20,000 nucleotides of DNA from Reclinomonas americana ATCC 50394 (taxonomy: Eukaryota). The notes under the pieces are model-generated. The model saw nothing but the letters and a program-made list of their open reading frames with translations, ran no database searches and was not told the origin of the DNA. Made by a program: the position numbers and the translations under genes. The DNA is taken from positions 2,034,316-2,054,315 of the forward strand of contig PS015010.1 of assembly GCA_048213135.1 (NCBI GenBank), given 5' to 3'. This document shows, in pieces, positions 16,599 to 20,000 of the stretch (position 1 is the stretch's first letter; every line of letters begins with the position of its first letter).

Positions 16599-16659
16599 TT
16601 ATGAAAAGAACTTGTGCAACAAAGCTCTTCAACAGCACCTGCAAAGTGCTGTTGAAGAG

Positions 16660-16744
16660 TGGTGGGCAGTGGTGGATTCGAACCACCGAAGTCGTAGACA
16701 GCGGATTTACAGTCCGCCCCATTTGGCCACTCTGGTAACTGCCC
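16660..16744 (-). tRNA. tRNA-Tyr(GTA), CCA encoded
   Basis: GGGCAGT acceptor stem, anticodon arm GCGGA-CT-GTA-AA-TCCGC, long variable arm, ends ACCA. Confidence 0.96.
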
Positions 16745-16805
16745 TCATTTGAGCCCGAGCCGGGATACTCAACCTTTCTTTTGCCCCACCGGCACGTTGA
16801 TAAAC

Positions 16806-16881
16806 TGGAGCCGAAGACGGGAGTCGAACCTGCGACCTACTGATTACAAATCAGTTGCTCTACCAACTGAGCTACTTCGGC
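16806..16881 (-). tRNA. tRNA-Thr(TGT), CCA encoded
   Basis: GCCGAAG/CTTCGGC acceptor stem, anticodon arm ACTGA-TT-TGT-AA-TCAGT; one A-C mismatch in the T-stem. Confidence 0.95.
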
Positions 16882-17013
16882 ATTTTTCCGGAGTACCCAG
16901 CTTTGCAGAACGCCCGCAAGAGCCTGTATAAACACCCGGTTTTTGTTGATCGGTTAAAAGAACTTTCCGTCATTTACCAGGGAGGCCGGAGCAACCCTGA
17001 TTTTTTCGGAAGG

Positions 17014-17021
17014 CAAAGGTA
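17014..17021 (-). promoter_or_regulatory. -7 promoter box TACCTTTG for the tRNA-tuf operon
   Basis: TAnnTTTG match with a TTTG about 17 nt upstream; lies downstream of the hpf terminator. Confidence 0.7.
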
Positions 17022-17096
17022 AGTGAAATTGCTCAATACAAAAACTTTGAAAAGATTTTTTTTGCCCCCTGTTTTTAAAATGTGAATAACGGGCAG

Positions 17097-17124
17097 AAAA
17101 AAGCCCCGCAAATGCAGCGGGGCT
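17097..17124 (-). terminator. Terminator after hpf
   Basis: AGCCCCGC/GCGGGGCT stem with a U-tract on the minus strand. Confidence 0.8.
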
Positions 17125-17146
17125 CTATGTTTTAGACATCCGGCAA

Positions 17147-17446
17147 TCAGGCCGCCTGCTTGTCTTTTTTTCGCTTTATCTGCGTGATCACCGAATCCAG
17201 GGCTGTATCAAAACTTTCCTCGAATGATTTGGAAGATTGCTTCACAAAAAATTCATACCGCGGGATCATCACTTTGATCTCGGCTATTTTGTCTTTGATC
17301 GTATGTACTACATTATCCAACTTTAAATACACGTCCACTTTGGTGATCCTGTCATGGAACTGGGTGAGTTTCGATAGTTTCTTCTCTACATAGTCCACCA
17401 ACTTTGAATCCGCATCGAAATGCACTGTCTGAATGTTTACGTTCAT
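17147..17446 (-). CDS. hpf: Ribosome hibernation factor (HPF/RaiA, short form)
   Basis: MNVNIQTVHFDADSKLVDYVEKKLSKL...SFEESFDTALD..ITQIKRKK; usual Bacteroidota position between xerC and the tRNAs. Confidence 0.9.
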   Translation of the reverse strand: MNVNIQTVHFDADSKLVDYVEKKLSKLTQFHDRITKVDVYLKLDNVVHTIKDKIAEIKVMIPRYEFFVKQSSKSFEESFDTALDSVITQIKRKKDKQAA

Positions 17447-17732
17447 AACTGCTCGTTTTATCTGTGAAATAATAGTGTGAAATCAGGTAAACATTATACC
17501 ATAGGCTGTTTTACTTGGGGTTTACAATCGTTGCTGTTTGCACAATGAAGTTAACTTTTGAAACGTATTTTTCAAAATAAAATTTTGCAGAAAAACCACT
17601 CTTTTTTGTGATTAAACCCCCGACAGGCGCCATGGACGATGATTTGATTTAATTTGTTAAATATCAATATGTTAAATAAAGCCGATATTATGGGGAAGTG
17701 TAGAAAAAATGAGACACTGTTGTAATGCCCGG

Positions 17733-18635
17733 TCAGGCTTTGGGATGCGCCTTTTTGTATACGTCTTTCAGCTTCTCAATAGTATTATGCGTATATACCT
17801 GCGTTGCGGCCAGGCTGCTGTGCCCCAGCAGTTCTTTAACCGCATTCAGATCAGCCCCGTTATTCATCAGGTGGGTGGCAAAACTATGCCGCAATACGTG
17901 GGGGCTTTTTTTATCGATGGTGGTGACACCGGGCAGCGACAGGTAATTTTTTACGGCATTGTACACATACTTGGGGTACAATTGCTTTCCCGATTCCCTT
18001 ACAAAGAAAAAGTCACCTTCTGCACCGGCCACCTGCCGCCGTTTTTCGGTCATATATTCCTGCAATTCCTTCATCAGTTCCGGTGCTACAGGTATCACCC
18101 TTTCCTTGTTACCCTTACCCAGTACCTTAATGCACTGTTTATGCCTGTCGATATGACTCTCTTTTAATCCCACCAGCTCGGCCTGCCGTATCCCGGTTTG
18201 GTAAAACACCTGCAGCAACAGGCGCTGTGTCCGGCCCTCCCAGTTATCCGGAAATTCAACATGGTTGAACAGGGTATCCATACCGGACTTTTCCACGTAC
18301 TGGGGCAGCCGTTTGTTCAGTTTGGGGGCGGAAATGGTGGTCATGGGACTCACCTTAACGGTTCCCTGCCGGAGCTGGAATTTAAAATAGGATTTGAGGG
18401 AGGATATTTTCCGGGCGATAGAGCGTGGCTCCATACCTTCAGACCTGTGTTCAGCCAGCCAGGTACGGATAAGGGCGGGCTTGATGTCTGCCGGGGCTAT
18501 TTCCCCGTATTCGGAAAGGAAGGTAAAAAAAGTGACCAGGTCGTTCTCATAAGCCGTAAGGGTATGCTGCGAATACCTCTTCTGAAATTTGAGGTAATCT
18601 AAAAAGGGTTGTATGCGTGGATCACTTACGGGCAT
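17733..18635 (-). CDS. xerC: Tyrosine recombinase XerC-like
   Basis: Catalytic motifs GIRQAEL, GKGNKER, PHVLRHSFATH and LLGHSSLAATQVY. Probable start ATG 18635 (300 aa), because the upstream extension overlaps the rpsU terminator and a promoter. Confidence 0.88.
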   Translation of the reverse strand: MPVSDPRIQPFLDYLKFQKRYSQHTLTAYENDLVTFFTFLSEYGEIAPADIKPALIRTWLAEHRSEGMEPRSIARKISSLKSYFKFQLRQGTVKVSPMTTISAPKLNKRLPQYVEKSGMDTLFNHVEFPDNWEGRTQRLLLQVFYQTGIRQAELVGLKESHIDRHKQCIKVLGKGNKERVIPVAPELMKELQEYMTEKRRQVAGAEGDFFFVRESGKQLYPKYVYNAVKNYLSLPGVTTIDKKSPHVLRHSFATHLMNNGADLNAVKELLGHSSLAATQVYTHNTIEKLKDVYKKAHPKA

Positions 18636-18680
18636 AAAAAAACTGATACCCAAAGTTACTAAACCCTGGGTATCAGTCAA
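18636..18680 (-). terminator. rpsU terminator hairpin overlapping a -33/-7 promoter for xerC
   Basis: ACTGATACCCA/TGGGTATCAGT 11-bp stem with a U-tract. It overlaps TTG-N19-TAACTTTG (18678-18680 and 18651-18658). Confidence 0.65.
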
Positions 18681-18700
18681 TTTATTCTGAATCAAATCAA

Positions 18701-18895
18701 TTAATCGAATTTACCGGCAGAAACCTGTCCTTTGTAAACCGCTTTCAGGATCTCCTTACGGCGCCTTATGGATGGCTTGGTAAAAGATTGCCTGTCCCTT
18801 AATTGCAACAGGATCTTGCTTTTCTCAAATTTCTTCTTGTATTTTTTGAGGGCCTTGTCGATGTTTTCGCAATCTTTTGAATCAATAATTAACAT
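18701..18895 (-). CDS. rpsU: 30S ribosomal protein S21
   Basis: ENIDKALKKYKKKFEK...LRDRQSFTKPSIRRR...KAVY; 64 aa. Confidence 0.96.
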   Translation of the reverse strand: MLIIDSKDCENIDKALKKYKKKFEKSKILLQLRDRQSFTKPSIRRRKEILKAVYKGQVSAGKFD

Positions 18896-18902
18896 ATAAT
18901 AT

Positions 18903-18911
18903 ACCTCCTTT
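18903..18911 (-). promoter_or_regulatory. Strong Shine-Dalgarno sequence AAAGGAGGT of rpsU
   Basis: 9-nt SD placed 7 nt upstream of the ATG; no comparable SD was seen before the other ribosomal genes in the window. Confidence 0.85.
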
Positions 18912-18945
18912 AGGTGATTTTAATCCATCATTTACAGACGGGCCG

Positions 18946-18953
18946 CAAAGATA
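18946..18953 (-). promoter_or_regulatory. -7 promoter box TATCTTTG for rpsU
   Basis: Exact TAnnTTTG match about 50 nt upstream of rpsU. Confidence 0.7.
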
Positions 18954-19006
18954 GTCCAAATAATTTAAAAAATGAAATCCTCATATGAAAATCCGAAATT
19001 TGCGGC

Positions 19007-19603
19007 ATGTTTACAGGCATCATCGAACAAACCGGCACTATCGAGTCCGTTTCCCGGTCCGGCTCCAACACCAGTTTCTGGGTTACCTCGCCCCTTTCGG
19101 CTGAATTGAAGGTAGATCAGAGCATCAGCCACAACGGCGTTTGCCTCACGGTGGAAGAAATTGACGGCAACCGGCACCGGGTTACCGCCATCAGCGAAAC
19201 GCTGCAAAAGACCAACCTGGGTGATTGGCAGCAGGGCCATATCATTAACCTGGAACGCTGCCTGGCCATGAACGGCCGGCTCGACGGGCATATTGTACAG
19301 GGGCATGTAGATACGGTGGCTGACTGCATTTCAGCAGAAGCCCTGGACGGCAGCTGGGAATACACATTCCGGTTCGACCCCCGCTTTGCCGAACTCCTCA
19401 TCGAAAAAGGATCGGTAAGCGTGAACGGCACCAGTCTTACCTGTTTCAATGTAACACGTGACCAGTTTACTGTTGCTATCATCCCGTATACCTACGAACA
19501 TACGAGTATCAGGCAACTGCAACCGGGCAGCCGTGTCAATATCGAATTTGATATGGTAGGTAAGTACGTAGTGCGCAAAATGTCGCTGCAGCAGGGCGCA
19601 TAA
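19007..19603 (+). CDS. ribE: Riboflavin synthase (alpha chain; ribC in E. coli nomenclature)
   Basis: Diagnostic N-terminal MFTGII, plus SISHNGVCLTV, GHIVQGHVD and GSVSVNGTSLT. Confidence 0.96.
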   Translation: MFTGIIEQTGTIESVSRSGSNTSFWVTSPLSAELKVDQSISHNGVCLTVEEIDGNRHRVTAISETLQKTNLGDWQQGHIINLERCLAMNGRLDGHIVQGHVDTVADCISAEALDGSWEYTFRFDPRFAELLIEKGSVSVNGTSLTCFNVTRDQFTVAIIPYTYEHTSIRQLQPGSRVNIEFDMVGKYVVRKMSLQQGA

Positions 19604-19680
19604 TGCCCCGTTGTTTTTCCTTCCCTTCTTTACGATCAAAAGATTTGTCGTATTATCGGGTTACCGAACCATCAGCAATA

Positions 19681-20000
19681 ATGAATCCCGCTCCAGGCAG
19701 CACATCAACAGGCAGACCTTTTATCCCGGCCATGACCGGGTTGCGGGCCATTTGCGCTTATGGTATTTTTTTCTATCACCTCAATTTTTTTTCCAAAGAT
19801 CAGTCCCCGGATGGTTACCGGTTTGTTGACCAGTTCTATTCTTTCATTCCTTTCTTTTTCGTGATCAGCGGTTTCGTAATCTGCTATACTTATTACCGGG
19901 ATGCCGCGTATGACAGGCGGCAATGGCGCAATTATTTTGTAAGCCGCGTGGCCAGGATATTTCCGCTGCTGATCATGCTCAATATTTTTGTATTTGCACT
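19681..20000 (+). CDS. Acyltransferase-3 (OafA/OatA-like) membrane O-acyltransferase, truncated at the right edge
   Basis: Manual translation MNPAPGST...FIPAMTGLRAICAYGIFFYH...FFFVISGFVI...YFVSRVARIFPLL shows the GLRA..H, FFVISGF and RxxRI.P motifs. The frame is open to the edge. Confidence 0.88.
   Translation, partial: MNPAPGSTSTGRPFIPAMTGLRAICAYGIFFYHLNFFSKDQSPDGYRFVDQFYSFIPFFFVISGFVICYTYYRDAAYDRRQWRNYFVSRVARIFPLLIMLNIFVFA

Noticed and set aside
16749-16800. Possible tRNA remnant between tRNA-Tyr and tRNA-Thr (..GGTTGAGTATCCCGGCTCGGGCTCA)
   Set aside because: It has no TTCG T-loop, D-arm or anticodon arm; the resemblance is limited to a GC-rich end.
16806-16881. A-C mismatch in the T-stem of tRNA-Thr(TGT) as a sign of a pseudo-tRNA
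   Set aside because: A single mismatch is tolerated, and all other arms and the CCA end are intact.
17733-18635. Tyrosine recombinase near a tRNA cluster as a prophage or island integrase
   Set aside because: It is a ~300-aa XerC-type protein in the usual Bacteroidota rpsU-xerC-hpf-tRNA-tuf arrangement, with no att duplication or cargo.
1-20000. CRISPR array, IS element, prophage or recognisable defence system
   Set aside because: No regularly spaced repeats and no transposase, phage or defence motifs were seen in the window.

Overview
Bacteroidota chromosome segment, most likely Chitinophagaceae (inferred from protein style and TAnnTTTG promoter boxes). The backbone is the conserved minus-strand cluster rpsU-xerC-hpf-tRNA(Thr,Tyr,Gly,Thr)-tuf-tRNA(Trp)-secE-nusG-rplK-rplA-rplJ-rplL, followed by the 5' part of rpoB at the left edge. 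Riboflavin synthase and a truncated acyltransferase-3 gene lie on the + strand at the right edge. About 11 kb of accessory DNA separates rplL from rpoB. It carries an NdpA/YejK-like protein, a LytTR response regulator, two tandem ~1000-aa beta-propeller/LytS-type sensor kinases, a divergently transcribed T9SS-secreted protein, a PhnB/VOC protein and a candidate small structured RNA. The two kinases have diverged sensor domains but near-identical cytoplasmic domains. The secreted protein has an apparent papain-like Cys-His-Asp triad. The dual-sensor/LytTR/secreted Cys-enzyme module is the best candidate for an undescribed system. rplL has a 1-nt frameshift in an A-run, probably a sequencing error. 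All alignments and structures were judged by eye; no searches were run.
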